Source of the DNA: Candidatus Hodarchaeota archaeon
GTDB taxonomy: Archaea > Asgardarchaeota > Lokiarchaeia > Sigyniarchaeales > SOKP01
Assembly (NCBI GenBank): GCA_048887225.1
Contig: JBHLJY010000029.1
Coordinates: 1 to 25,175 of the forward strand
DNA length: 25,175 bases
Reading direction: 5' to 3'
In this document: positions 15,120 to 24,728 of the stretch, one piece after another
Layout of the letters: every line of letters begins with the position of its first letter
How positions within the stretch are numbered: the first letter of the stretch is position 1
The notes under the pieces: model-generated
What the model saw: only the letters and a program-made list of their open reading frames with translations
Told to the model about the DNA's origin: nothing
The model's database searches: none
Position numbers and translations under genes: made by a program

Positions 15120-17099
15120 ATGCCAAGATTGTCCGATCCAATTGTAATTAGAGGAATGGAAGTTAAAAACCGATTGGCATTTCCACCTATGCTAACATTT
15201 TCACATGATAAATATGGTCGCCCTACTGATAGAACATATAATGCATATGAGCAAAAGGCTCGTGGGGGGGCAGGAATGATAGTTTATGAAAATGTTACTA
15301 TTATCCCAGACTATATAGGGGGTGGTGGTGCAAACATAGGATCAGATGATGATGTTCCAGCTTATAAAAAAATGGCCGATTTATTACATAAACACGATGT
15401 AAAAATTGGGATGCAAATAGGTGATGGTGGTTTAATAGGTTTTGTTCTTGGTACGGTTTTTAACGTAGATGTTGAACCATTAGGACCATCAAAAATAGAC
15501 TTATTGAAAGCAACCTCTGCCTATGAAGTAATGATACCAGCTTGGGCAGATATGTTAAAGAATCGTGGTGCTGAAATAAGAGAATTGAAGAGAGAAGAAT
15601 TAATTGAACTGGAAAATCAATTTGCGGCGGGAGCAAAAAGAGCAATTCAAGCAGGATTTGACTTCATTGAGCTGCATTCTGGTCATGGAATGTTACATGC
15701 TGCTTTCTTATCACCTTATGCTAATAAAAGGACTGATGAGTATGGAGGCTCTTTAGAAAATAAATGCCGTTTTCATGCAGAAACTATTGAAAAAATTAGA
15801 AATAGTATTGGCGAAAAACCTCCTATACTTGTTCGATTTTCTGCCGATGAGCTTTTACCAGATGGAAATAGAATTGAAGATTCAAAAAAAATTGCCCAAA
15901 TTTTAGAAAATGCGGGAGCAGATTGTATTGATGTGTCTCAAGGTATAATGATTCGAAACCCTACAGGGATACAGATCCCAACTTATTTTGATCATGGTTG
16001 CTTTATTCACTTAGCAGAAGAAATCAAGAAGGTTGTTAACGTTCCCGTTATTGGTGTCGGTAGAATTATTGATCCCAAAATGGCAGACGAATTTATTCAG
16101 CAAGGCAAAGCAGATATAATCTATATGGGGCGCCAATTGATTTGTGACCCTCAAACTCCCAATAAATATTTTAATAGACAGCTTGATGATATTAAATATT
16201 GTATTGGATGTCTGCAAGGATGTAACGCAATTTGCGTGTACGACGCATTTAGTGGCCAAAATTATAAAGAACTTACTCCTTCAACTGATCCAAAGAAAAT
16301 CGTTATATTAGGAGCCGGAATTGCTGGTATGGAAGCAGCTAGAGTTGCAAAACTAAGAGGTCATGAAGTAGAAATATATGAGAAAACTGATAAAATCGGA
16401 GGAATAATGCCTCTCGTGGCAGCAGAATATAAAAAAGAAGATTTCATGAATATTATAAATTATTTAGAAACTCAATTAAAAAAATTAGAAGTACCTATCT
16501 ATTTGAATAAAGATCTAACAAAAGAAGAAATTACTGCTTTAAAACCTGATATATTAGTTCTAGCTGCTGGCTCTGAAGCAACAATCCCCGTAAATCTAAA
16601 AGATAAAGTAAACATATTAACTCAAGATGAAGCAATTTTAAAGAGCAAACCAATGGGAAAAAATGTAGTCGTTTGGGGTTTAAATACATTTTGGAAAGGA
16701 GGAGTAGAAACAGCAATAACATTATCAGAACAAGGATATAATGTGAAAGCCCTTGTGGGTCCAGAAGGAGGTATTGCAGAGTTAATAACCTTAGCAACAG
16801 GGAGACGATTTTGGATTATATGTTATTTACAAAGAAAAAATATACCTGTCTACACCAAAGCAAAACTATTAGATGTTACTGAGAATAGTGTTAAGTTTTT
16901 AGATATAGATAAAAATGAACAATCGATTGAAGCTGATAATTTAATTTATTGCGGTTCTCGAATTGCTAACAATAAGAATTTACAAAAGAAATTTGAAGGA
17001 GTTGCTCCTAAAATTATTAGTATTGGAGATGGTAAGAGACCCAGAGATATACAACAAGCGATGAAAGATGCCCAAACTTTTGCAAGAAAACTAAAATAA
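15120..17099 (+). CDS. NADH:flavin oxidoreductase, Old Yellow Enzyme TIM barrel + Fe-S + FAD/NAD-binding domains (2,4-dienoyl-CoA reductase/BaiCD-like architecture)
   Basis: KNRL..PPM, ARGGAG, AGFD.IELH..HG, FLSP..NKRTDEYGGSLEN, CIGC.QGC, ILGAGIAGMEAA, IGD...PR.I..A. Confidence 0.92.
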   Translation: MPRLSDPIVIRGMEVKNRLAFPPMLTFSHDKYGRPTDRTYNAYEQKARGGAGMIVYENVTIIPDYIGGGGANIGSDDDVPAYKKMADLLHKHDVKIGMQIGDGGLIGFVLGTVFNVDVEPLGPSKIDLLKATSAYEVMIPAWADMLKNRGAEIRELKREELIELENQFAAGAKRAIQAGFDFIELHSGHGMLHAAFLSPYANKRTDEYGGSLENKCRFHAETIEKIRNSIGEKPPILVRFSADELLPDGNRIEDSKKIAQILENAGADCIDVSQGIMIRNPTGIQIPTYFDHGCFIHLAEEIKKVVNVPVIGVGRIIDPKMADEFIQQGKADIIYMGRQLICDPQTPNKYFNRQLDDIKYCIGCLQGCNAICVYDAFSGQNYKELTPSTDPKKIVILGAGIAGMEAARVAKLRGHEVEIYEKTDKIGGIMPLVAAEYKKEDFMNIINYLETQLKKLEVPIYLNKDLTKEEITALKPDILVLAAGSEATIPVNLKDKVNILTQDEAILKSKPMGKNVVVWGLNTFWKGGVETAITLSEQGYNVKALVGPEGGIAELITLATGRRFWIICYLQRKNIPVYTKAKLLDVTENSVKFLDIDKNEQSIEADNLIYCGSRIANNKNLQKKFEGVAPKIISIGDGKRPRDIQQAMKDAQTFARKLK

Positions 17100-17100
17100 C

Positions 17101-17109
17101 TTTTTTTTT
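17101..17109 (+). terminator. Oligo-T terminator candidate after the OYE gene
   Basis: T9 run right after the stop at 17099. Confidence 0.5.
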
Positions 17110-17160
17110 GCATTTAATTATTAAATAAAATTATCTATAGAAAACTCTTAAATTAGTAAT

Positions 17161-18837
17161 ATGTCAACGAAAAAATTTAGATTAACTACAAGAACTATTT
17201 TAAGAGATGTAATTAAATATAAAGCAGAAACTGTGCCAGATAAAGTTTATTTGACATTTATTAGAGATTTTGATAAGGAAATTGATGAAAAATACACCTA
17301 TAAAGAGATAGATTTACTCTCCAATCGTTTAGGAAATGGATTAATGAATCTCGGAATAAAAAAAGGTGATGGTATTGCCCTTATGGAAATTAATTCTCCT
17401 GAATTTTTGTTAACTGTTTTTTCCACGTTTAAATTAGGAATTTATTGTGTTATGGTTAATACGGCCTTAAGAGGAGATGGTTTAAAATTTATCATAGATC
17501 ATTCAGATGCATCAACTATTATTGTTCATTGGTCCTTTTTAGATGCGTTCAAAGAAGTTAAAAATCAAGTACCTAAAATTCAGCATATAATAGTCGATAT
17601 TAATGAAGCACCAGCAGATTATAAATTGCCAGAAGGAATAATATCATTCCAGGATGTAATGCAGGCTTCTGATGATGAAATAAATGTAGAGATTAGTCGT
17701 GATGACCTGGTTATGTTGATGTATACTGCTGGTACAACAGGTCTTCCTAAAGCTACAATATTTCGGCAAAATAGATTGATAGGAGGAAATAATGTCCAAA
17801 CACTAGTAAATCTATCCCAAATGCCCCAATTATTTGGTAGACCAGATGATATTCTTTACACTTGTTTGCCATTATTCCATGCGAATGCATTGTATCTAAC
17901 GTGTATACCAGCTTTTTTCTCGGAAAAACCTTTGATTCTTGCGAAAAGATTCAGCGCTAGCCGACATTGGGATATTTGTCGCAAATATGGTGTTAACCGA
18001 TTTAATGCTCTCGGTGCTATGATCCCCATTTTAATGAAACAACCTGAACAACCCAATGATAAAGATCATAAGGTAAGAGAAGTGTTTTCCGCAGCTTGTC
18101 CTAAAGAAGTGTGGGTTGCTTTTGAAGAAAGATTCAATGTGAAGATATTAGAATTTTATGCAGCAACAGATGGAGGGGGTTTTATACTGGGAAATTGGGG
18201 GCTAGAAGATGTACCTGTAGGATCTATGGGACAGCCACCACCAGGATCTATCGCAGAAATTATGGACGATAATGGTAATCTCCTGAAACCTGAACAAGTT
18301 GGAGAATTAGTTTTTTTGGTAAGAGAAAGTGAAAAAAAACAAAGAGAAGTGAAATATTACAAGGATGAAGATTCCTCAAAAAGTTTAATATCAGAAGGAG
18401 CAGATAGAAAAAAATGGTTCCATACAGGTGATTTAGCATACAAAGATAAAGATGGCTGGTTTTTTTTCGTAGATAGAAAAAAGGATTCTATTAGAAGGCG
18501 TGGTGAAAACATCGCATCATATAGTATTGAAAAAATAATTAATTTAAATAGCAAGGTTTTAGAATCAGCAGCTTACGGTGTTAAATCGGAATTGGGCGAA
18601 GATGAGGTAATGGTTGCTGTTGTCTTAAGACCAGGGGAAACCATGACTCCTGAGGAACTATTAGATTTCTGTCAAGGAAAGATGGCTTATTTTATGATTC
18701 CTAGATATATCGACTTTGTTGATAACCTTCCTAAAAACGAAGTACATAGAATATTAAAGCGGATTCTTAAAGAACATGGAATAACACCAAACACATATGA
18801 TAGAGAAAAAGCAGGTTATGTTTTAAAACATAATTAA
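17161..18837 (+). CDS. AMP-binding acyl-CoA ligase, CaiC (crotonobetaine/carnitine-CoA ligase)-like, copy 1
   Basis: YTAGTTGLPK, LPLFH.NA, RFSASR.W, EFYAATD, FHTGDL, FVDRKKD.IRRRGENI. Confidence 0.92.
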   Translation: MSTKKFRLTTRTILRDVIKYKAETVPDKVYLTFIRDFDKEIDEKYTYKEIDLLSNRLGNGLMNLGIKKGDGIALMEINSPEFLLTVFSTFKLGIYCVMVNTALRGDGLKFIIDHSDASTIIVHWSFLDAFKEVKNQVPKIQHIIVDINEAPADYKLPEGIISFQDVMQASDDEINVEISRDDLVMLMYTAGTTGLPKATIFRQNRLIGGNNVQTLVNLSQMPQLFGRPDDILYTCLPLFHANALYLTCIPAFFSEKPLILAKRFSASRHWDICRKYGVNRFNALGAMIPILMKQPEQPNDKDHKVREVFSAACPKEVWVAFEERFNVKILEFYAATDGGGFILGNWGLEDVPVGSMGQPPPGSIAEIMDDNGNLLKPEQVGELVFLVRESEKKQREVKYYKDEDSSKSLISEGADRKKWFHTGDLAYKDKDGWFFFVDRKKDSIRRRGENIASYSIEKIINLNSKVLESAAYGVKSELGEDEVMVAVVLRPGETMTPEELLDFCQGKMAYFMIPRYIDFVDNLPKNEVHRILKRILKEHGITPNTYDREKAGYVLKHN

Positions 18838-18865
18838 AAAATATTCTAAATAAAAGAGATTTGAA

Positions 18866-20539
18866 ATGTCGGTAAAAAAGAAGTTTCGAGTAACAAGACG
18901 AACATTATTAAGAGAACTTATTAAACATAAAGCAGAAACAGTAGGAGATAAAGTTTACATGACATACATTAGAGATTTCGATAATGATATTGATGAAAAA
19001 TACACCTATAAAGATATGCATATATTATCAAATCGCCTAGGAAATGGTCTTTTAAATTTAGGGCTTAAGAGAGGGGACGGCGTAGCTTTAATGGAAATTA
19101 ATTCTCCCGAATTTTTATTAACTGTTTTTGCTGCATTCAAAACGGGAATGTATTCCGTTATGGTTAATATTGCTTTACGAGGCGATGGTTTAAAATTTAT
19201 TATAGATCATGCTGATGCGTCGGCTATCATTATTCACTGGTCTTTTTTACAATCATTATTAGATATTAAAGATCAACTGTCCAAAATTAAGTATGTAATA
19301 GTTGACGTTAATGAAGCAGAAGCAGATTTTAAATTGCCAGAAGGAATTGTATCTCTCCAAGAAGTTATGCAAGCACCTGATGGTGATATTGATATAGAGA
19401 TAAGTCTTGATGACTTGGTAATGCTTATGTATACGGCGGGTACTACCGGTTTGCCCAAAGCAATACAATTTTGGCAAGGAAAATTGCTTGGTGGTCTTAG
19501 TATTCAAACACTTCTAAGTTTTGTTAATATGATGGCACAACCAGATGACGTTCTCTTTACAGCCTTACCTCTATTCCATTCGAACGCTTTATTTTTGACA
19601 AGTTTGTCTGCTTATTTTGCCGAAGTTCCTTTAATTCTTGGTAAAAGATTTTCAGCTAGCAGGCACTGGGATATATGTCGTAAATATGGTGTTACTACAT
19701 TTAATGCTTTAGGAGCAATGATTCCTATTTTAATGAAACAACCAGAAGGAGCAAATGATAGAGATCACAAAGTAAAAACTATAGGTTCTGCAGCTTGCCC
19801 TAAAGAATTGTGGGTTGCTTTTGAGGAGAGATTTGGTGTAAGAATTTCAGAAGGCTATGGTGCTACTGATGGAGGGGGATTTATGCTTACTTCTGGGGGT
19901 CGTGATGATGTACCTGTAGGATCTATGGGAAGACCATTACCAGGGGTGATTGCTGAAGTTATGGATGATAAAGGGATGATTCTTCCAGATTCAGAAAAAG
20001 TAGGAGAACTAGTTTTCTTAGTACCAGAAAGGGAATTAAAACAAAGAGAAGTTAAATATTATAAAGACGAAGAGTCATCAAAAAGTTTAATATTAAAAGG
20101 TGCAGATGGGCAATTATGGTTTCATACAGGGGATTTAGCATATAAGGATAAGGATGGTTGGTTTTTTTTTGTAGATCGAAAAAAAGACTCTATCAGAAGG
20201 CGAGGTGAAAATATTGCACCATTTTCTATTGAAAAAATAATTAATTTACACGACAAGGTTTTAGAATCAGCAGCATATGGAGTTAAATCAGAATTAGGTG
20301 AGGATGAGGTAATGGTTGCGGTAGTTCTAAAATCAGGAGAATCTATGACTCCAGAGGAACTTTTAGATTTCTGTCAAGATAAAATGGCTTATTTTATGAT
20401 ACCTCGATATATTGATTTTGTTGATAAGCTTCCTAAAAGCGAAGTACATCGAATATTGAAGCATTTCCTCAAAGAACGTGGAATAACACCAAACACTTAT
20501 GATAGAGAAAAAGAAGGATATGTGATAAAAAGAACCTAA
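18866..20539 (+). CDS. AMP-binding acyl-CoA ligase, CaiC-like, copy 2
   Basis: Tandem paralog with YTAGTTGLPK, EGYGATD, FHTGDL and FVDRKKDSIRRRGENI. Confidence 0.92.
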   Translation: MSVKKKFRVTRRTLLRELIKHKAETVGDKVYMTYIRDFDNDIDEKYTYKDMHILSNRLGNGLLNLGLKRGDGVALMEINSPEFLLTVFAAFKTGMYSVMVNIALRGDGLKFIIDHADASAIIIHWSFLQSLLDIKDQLSKIKYVIVDVNEAEADFKLPEGIVSLQEVMQAPDGDIDIEISLDDLVMLMYTAGTTGLPKAIQFWQGKLLGGLSIQTLLSFVNMMAQPDDVLFTALPLFHSNALFLTSLSAYFAEVPLILGKRFSASRHWDICRKYGVTTFNALGAMIPILMKQPEGANDRDHKVKTIGSAACPKELWVAFEERFGVRISEGYGATDGGGFMLTSGGRDDVPVGSMGRPLPGVIAEVMDDKGMILPDSEKVGELVFLVPERELKQREVKYYKDEESSKSLILKGADGQLWFHTGDLAYKDKDGWFFFVDRKKDSIRRRGENIAPFSIEKIINLHDKVLESAAYGVKSELGEDEVMVAVVLKSGESMTPEELLDFCQDKMAYFMIPRYIDFVDKLPKSEVHRILKHFLKERGITPNTYDREKEGYVIKRT

Positions 20540-20689
20540 ATACAACTTTCTTAAAAATTCAATTTTTTAATATAATTTAGTAATATCTTTACTGAAGTTA
20601 GTTAAGATATATTAAAATTTTAAATGAAATCTAATCCTCTTATTTTTAATACTCTAGTTTAAGCAATAAAAAAACAGTATGGGAAAAAA

Positions 20690-21541
20690 ATGAAGATTTT
20701 TAAAGAGAAGAAATGTTTAATTACCGGTGCGGCCAGCGGGATAGGGAGAGCGACTGCCATTGCAATGGGAAGATTAGGGGCTCACCTCTTTTTAACGGAT
20801 ATTAATGAAAAAGGTTTAAAAGAAACATGTCAAATGATTGAGAGTGAAGGAGGAAAAATATGTAAATACAAAGAATTTGATATTTCTAAATATGATGATG
20901 TAAAGGAATTTGCTGACGAGATTCATAAAGAATACGGCTCAATTGATATCCTAATGAATATCGCTGGAACTTCTATATGGGGTACCGTTGATCAATTAGC
21001 TCACAATCATTGGCAGAAAATGATTGATATAGACTTATGGGGACCAATCCATGGTATTGAATGCTTTATTCCTGAGATGATCCGAGCAGGAAACGGTGGA
21101 CATATGGTAACTGTTTCTTCTGTAGGAGGATTGATAGCACTTCCTTGGCATGCGGCTTATAGCGCAGCAAAATGGGGATTAGTAGGAATATCTGAAGTCT
21201 TACGATATGATCTGAAGCAACAAAATATTGGAGTAACTGTAGTTTGCCCCGGCGCCGTGGAAACTCCATTAAAACATACGGTAGAGATTGTTGGAATTGA
21301 TATGACTCATCCAGAAGTAAAAAGATTAAGGGATGAGTTCTCAAAGCGTGCTGTTACACCAGAAAAGGTGGCTAGGCTAATAGTAAAAGCAATAAAAAAG
21401 AAAAAGTTTTTAGTTTTAACGTCATTTGATATCAAGCTCCTTTATTGGTTTAAGCGAAAGATTTTTCCTTTATACCATTTAATTATGAAAAAATTAAGCA
21501 AACTTGCAAATACGGTTAGGAATTTAGCTCAAAAAACTTAA
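20690..21541 (+). CDS. Short-chain dehydrogenase/reductase (classical SDR)
   Basis: TGAASGIG cofactor motif, NIAG, catalytic Ser (VSS), YSAAK, PG.V.T. Confidence 0.93.
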   Translation: MKIFKEKKCLITGAASGIGRATAIAMGRLGAHLFLTDINEKGLKETCQMIESEGGKICKYKEFDISKYDDVKEFADEIHKEYGSIDILMNIAGTSIWGTVDQLAHNHWQKMIDIDLWGPIHGIECFIPEMIRAGNGGHMVTVSSVGGLIALPWHAAYSAAKWGLVGISEVLRYDLKQQNIGVTVVCPGAVETPLKHTVEIVGIDMTHPEVKRLRDEFSKRAVTPEKVARLIVKAIKKKKFLVLTSFDIKLLYWFKRKIFPLYHLIMKKLSKLANTVRNLAQKT

Positions 21542-21595
21542 ATGAAAAAAATAAAATAAAGAGTATAATATTAAAAATAATTCAATTGAAATATC

Positions 21596-22969
21596 ATGCT
21601 AAAAATTGCTTTTATTGGCGCGGGATCATTTGTTTTTGGAGAAACTGTTTTAACAGATATACTTACATTTCCTTCACTAATAGAAGATACAATCATTTAC
21701 CTTGAAGATATTGATTCACATTATTTAGATTTAATGTATAGATATATGTTAAAGTTGAAAGAAAGCTATCCAGGAAAATATGATGGAGTCAATTTTGAAA
21801 AAACGACAAATCAACGGAAAGCTATTGAAGATGCTAAATATATAATAAATGCGATTCACGTTGGGGGTTATGATGCTTATAAATTAGATATGGATATCCC
21901 CCATAAATATGGGGTGACGCAATGTGTAGGTGATACGTTAGGACCTGGTGGTGTATTTCGGTTTCTTAGATCTGTACCTGTTATGGAATCAATCTTAAAA
22001 GATATTGATGATGTAGGTTATAATAGGGGAATAGATGGAGATAAACCTTTACTTCTAAATTATACGAATCCAATGGCAATGGTAACTTGGTACTGCAATG
22101 AAATAGCCCCGGATTCCACAATTGGCCTCTGTCACGGTGTTGTTCACACGTCAATCGGTCTTAGAAACGCTTTAGGTGTTAAGCCAGAAAATTTTACTTT
22201 CTTATGTGCTGGTATTAATCATATGGCGTGGTTTATTGAACTTTGGTACAAAGAGAATAAGTTTTCACCTTGGAAAAATGCGTATCCAATACTAAAGAAG
22301 AAATTGGAAGAAAAACCTCAATTTGAAGTAATGGAACGATTACGAGTTGATATGATGAAAGCAACAGGATATTTTATGACTGAATCATCTGGACACTTAA
22401 GTGAATATATACCATACTATAGAAAACGGGATGATTTATTAGAAAAATATAGAGGTGAAAATATGATATTCTCTGGTTTGGAACATAATTTCAATTATGA
22501 ATTTAGTAAAAGAAATTCTGAAGGATTTGACAAAAAAATTGAACGAAAATTAAAATTAAAAAAGCTTAGATTAAAAAAAAAAGTTTCGGAGGAGTATGCA
22601 TCGTACATAATGAATGCTATTGAAACAAATAAGCCTTTTGAATTTAATGGAAACGTTATGAATAAAGAAGGAGGATTAATTACAAATCTTCCTAATGGTT
22701 GTTGTGTAGAAGTACCAGTTACAGCAAATAGTACTGGATTACACCCTCAAGGTGGAATTGAATTGCCCACAGTTTGCCAAGCACTATGTATTTCAAATAT
22801 AATGGTACAAAAAGCTGCAGTTGAGGGGGCTCTTTCATTGGATCGTGAAAGTATATATCATGCAGTGTTACTAGACCCGAATACTGCTAGTGTATGTTCA
22901 CCTAAAGAGATTCGGGACATGGTAGATGAGATGTTCCAAGCTGAAGCTAAATGGCTTCCTCAATTTTAA
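21596..22969 (+). CDS. melA: NAD+-dependent glycoside hydrolase family 4, alpha-galactosidase (MelA-like)
   Basis: KIAFIGAGS, Q.VGDTLGPGG.FR.LR, LNYTNPMA, GLCHGV, AGINHMAW, TESS.H.SEY, NLP...CVEVP, LDP.T. Confidence 0.88.
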   Translation: MLKIAFIGAGSFVFGETVLTDILTFPSLIEDTIIYLEDIDSHYLDLMYRYMLKLKESYPGKYDGVNFEKTTNQRKAIEDAKYIINAIHVGGYDAYKLDMDIPHKYGVTQCVGDTLGPGGVFRFLRSVPVMESILKDIDDVGYNRGIDGDKPLLLNYTNPMAMVTWYCNEIAPDSTIGLCHGVVHTSIGLRNALGVKPENFTFLCAGINHMAWFIELWYKENKFSPWKNAYPILKKKLEEKPQFEVMERLRVDMMKATGYFMTESSGHLSEYIPYYRKRDDLLEKYRGENMIFSGLEHNFNYEFSKRNSEGFDKKIERKLKLKKLRLKKKVSEEYASYIMNAIETNKPFEFNGNVMNKEGGLITNLPNGCCVEVPVTANSTGLHPQGGIELPTVCQALCISNIMVQKAAVEGALSLDRESIYHAVLLDPNTASVCSPKEIRDMVDEMFQAEAKWLPQF

Positions 22970-23084
22970 ATATTCTTTTCTATAATGATATTCTCGTATT
23001 TAAGAATTTAGGTTAAAATCATAAATGATTAGTTATAAAAGGCAATGAACACATTCTAAATTAATAAAAGAGTAAGTTTAAATC

Positions 23085-23450
23085 ATGAAAAGACACCCTA
23101 TATTTATTGGTGATAAATTAAACGCATCGAAATGCAATGATTGTGGAAATATTAGATTCCCACGTATGGTCTATTGCAATATATGCCAATCTACCAATGT
23201 TTCAGAATATCTTGTAGGGCCAAAAGGTAAACTCATGAGTTATACTATTTCATACACAAAACCACTTGTAGGGAGAATCAAACCGCCATATCCTTACGCT
23301 GTGGCAAGGTTTCCTATTGAAAATGGAAATTACATAGACGTGTTTGGAGCAATTGATTCACAAGAACCATTCAATGATATTAAAATAAATGGCTCTGTAA
23401 AACTTATTCCTGATAAATTATTAGTAAAATTCAAAATGGAGGAGGATTAA
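23085..23450 (+). CDS. DUF35-type Zn-ribbon/OB-fold protein (thiolase partner)
   Basis: C..CG...FP....C..C, G.L.SYT and PY..A motifs; lies directly upstream of a thiolase. Confidence 0.88.
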   Translation: MKRHPIFIGDKLNASKCNDCGNIRFPRMVYCNICQSTNVSEYLVGPKGKLMSYTISYTKPLVGRIKPPYPYAVARFPIENGNYIDVFGAIDSQEPFNDIKINGSVKLIPDKLLVKFKMEED

Positions 23451-23455
23451 AAAAA

Positions 23456-24646
23456 TTGAGAAATGTAGCTGTTGTTGGGGCAGGAGTTTTTCCATTTGGA
23501 CGACATCACGATCTTATGTATGTTGAAATGGGAAGACCTGCAGTGAATGATGCAATTGAAGATGCTGGAATAGACCGAAAAGAAATTCAAAGTTGTTATG
23601 TAGGAACGACCGGAGGTGTTGGCGTTGGACATGAAATTGTTCATGAATGTGGATTTATAGGAATTCCAATCGCAAGGCTAGAAAATGCCTGCAATTCGGG
23701 TACAAACGCATTTCGGCAAGCTTGGATGGAAATTTCGTCAGGATTAAGCGATATTTCATTAGTGATTGGAATTGAAAAAATGAAAGATAATTCTATGGGA
23801 ACTGTTTCTGGTGGATCAGGAAGGTTTCAGCTTGAGATGAAGGCCATTATAAAAAATGTATCCATGTCAAGTTTTGGGCTAATGGGACCACCAGGATATT
23901 TTGCTCTTGCTGCGAATCGTCATATGAACGAATATGGTACAACAAAAGAAGATCTAGCCAGAGTCGTTGTAAAGAGTAGAGAGAATGCTCATAATAATCC
24001 TAAAGCAGAATATCAGAATATAATGACCGTTGACGAAGTCTTAAATGATAAAATGATTAATCCCCCTTTAACTCGATGTCAATGTACTCCAAAATCAGAT
24101 GGAGCTGCTGCTATTATATTAATGGGTGAAAAATTAGCCAAAAAACATACCGATACTCCAGTATGGATTAAAGCATCTACTATGACAAGCTCTTTTATAA
24201 CTGACTTACTATCTAATTTATCAGCAATGCCTAATGTTAAGTCATCAAGAATGGCATTCGATATGGCTAAAGTGGAAGCGAATGATTTCTATAAGAACGG
24301 ATTTGCAGAAGTTCACGATTGCTTTTCAATTTCGGAACTATTACACTACGAAGATTTTGGATGGTGTAAAAAAGGAGAAGGTCCGAAAATGTTAAATGAC
24401 GGAATCACCCAAATAGATGGAGATTTTCCTGTAAATCCTTCAGGTGGATTATTATCTTGTGGACATCCCCTTGGTGCTACTGGTGTTAGACAAATTGCTG
24501 AAATATTTTTTCAAATGCGAAAAGATAAAGAAGTAGCTAAACGCCAAGTGCCAGATGAAAGTTTAAATATTGCTCTTACTCATACAATGGGTCAGCCAAT
24601 GTTAGGATTTACTTCCTGCGTAAATATTTTTTCAAGAGACCTCTAA
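23456..24646 (+). CDS. Thiolase family protein (SCP-x/archaeal type)
   Basis: ENACNSG (catalytic Cys), DGAAA, EVHDCF, VNPSGGLL..GHPLGATG, HTMG. TTG start with GGAGG SD. Confidence 0.92.
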   Translation: MRNVAVVGAGVFPFGRHHDLMYVEMGRPAVNDAIEDAGIDRKEIQSCYVGTTGGVGVGHEIVHECGFIGIPIARLENACNSGTNAFRQAWMEISSGLSDISLVIGIEKMKDNSMGTVSGGSGRFQLEMKAIIKNVSMSSFGLMGPPGYFALAANRHMNEYGTTKEDLARVVVKSRENAHNNPKAEYQNIMTVDEVLNDKMINPPLTRCQCTPKSDGAAAIILMGEKLAKKHTDTPVWIKASTMTSSFITDLLSNLSAMPNVKSSRMAFDMAKVEANDFYKNGFAEVHDCFSISELLHYEDFGWCKKGEGPKMLNDGITQIDGDFPVNPSGGLLSCGHPLGATGVRQIAEIFFQMRKDKEVAKRQVPDESLNIALTHTMGQPMLGFTSCVNIFSRDL

Positions 24647-24648
24647 AA

Positions 24649-24655
24649 TTTTTTT
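24649..24655 (+). terminator. Oligo-T terminator candidate after the thiolase
   Basis: T-run immediately after the stop at 24646. Confidence 0.4.
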
Positions 24656-24728
24656 AAGCTATTTTATATTCTTTTCAAAGAGGATAATTAATAAATTATT
24701 GAAAAAACCCTTTTTTGATCGTTTTATT

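Noticed and set aside
7109-23644. Short minus-strand ORFs inside the RFC and metabolic genes
   Set aside because: They overlap well-supported plus-strand genes and have no family signal. The similarity of 10676-10900 to 12283-12483 only reflects the paralogous sense genes.
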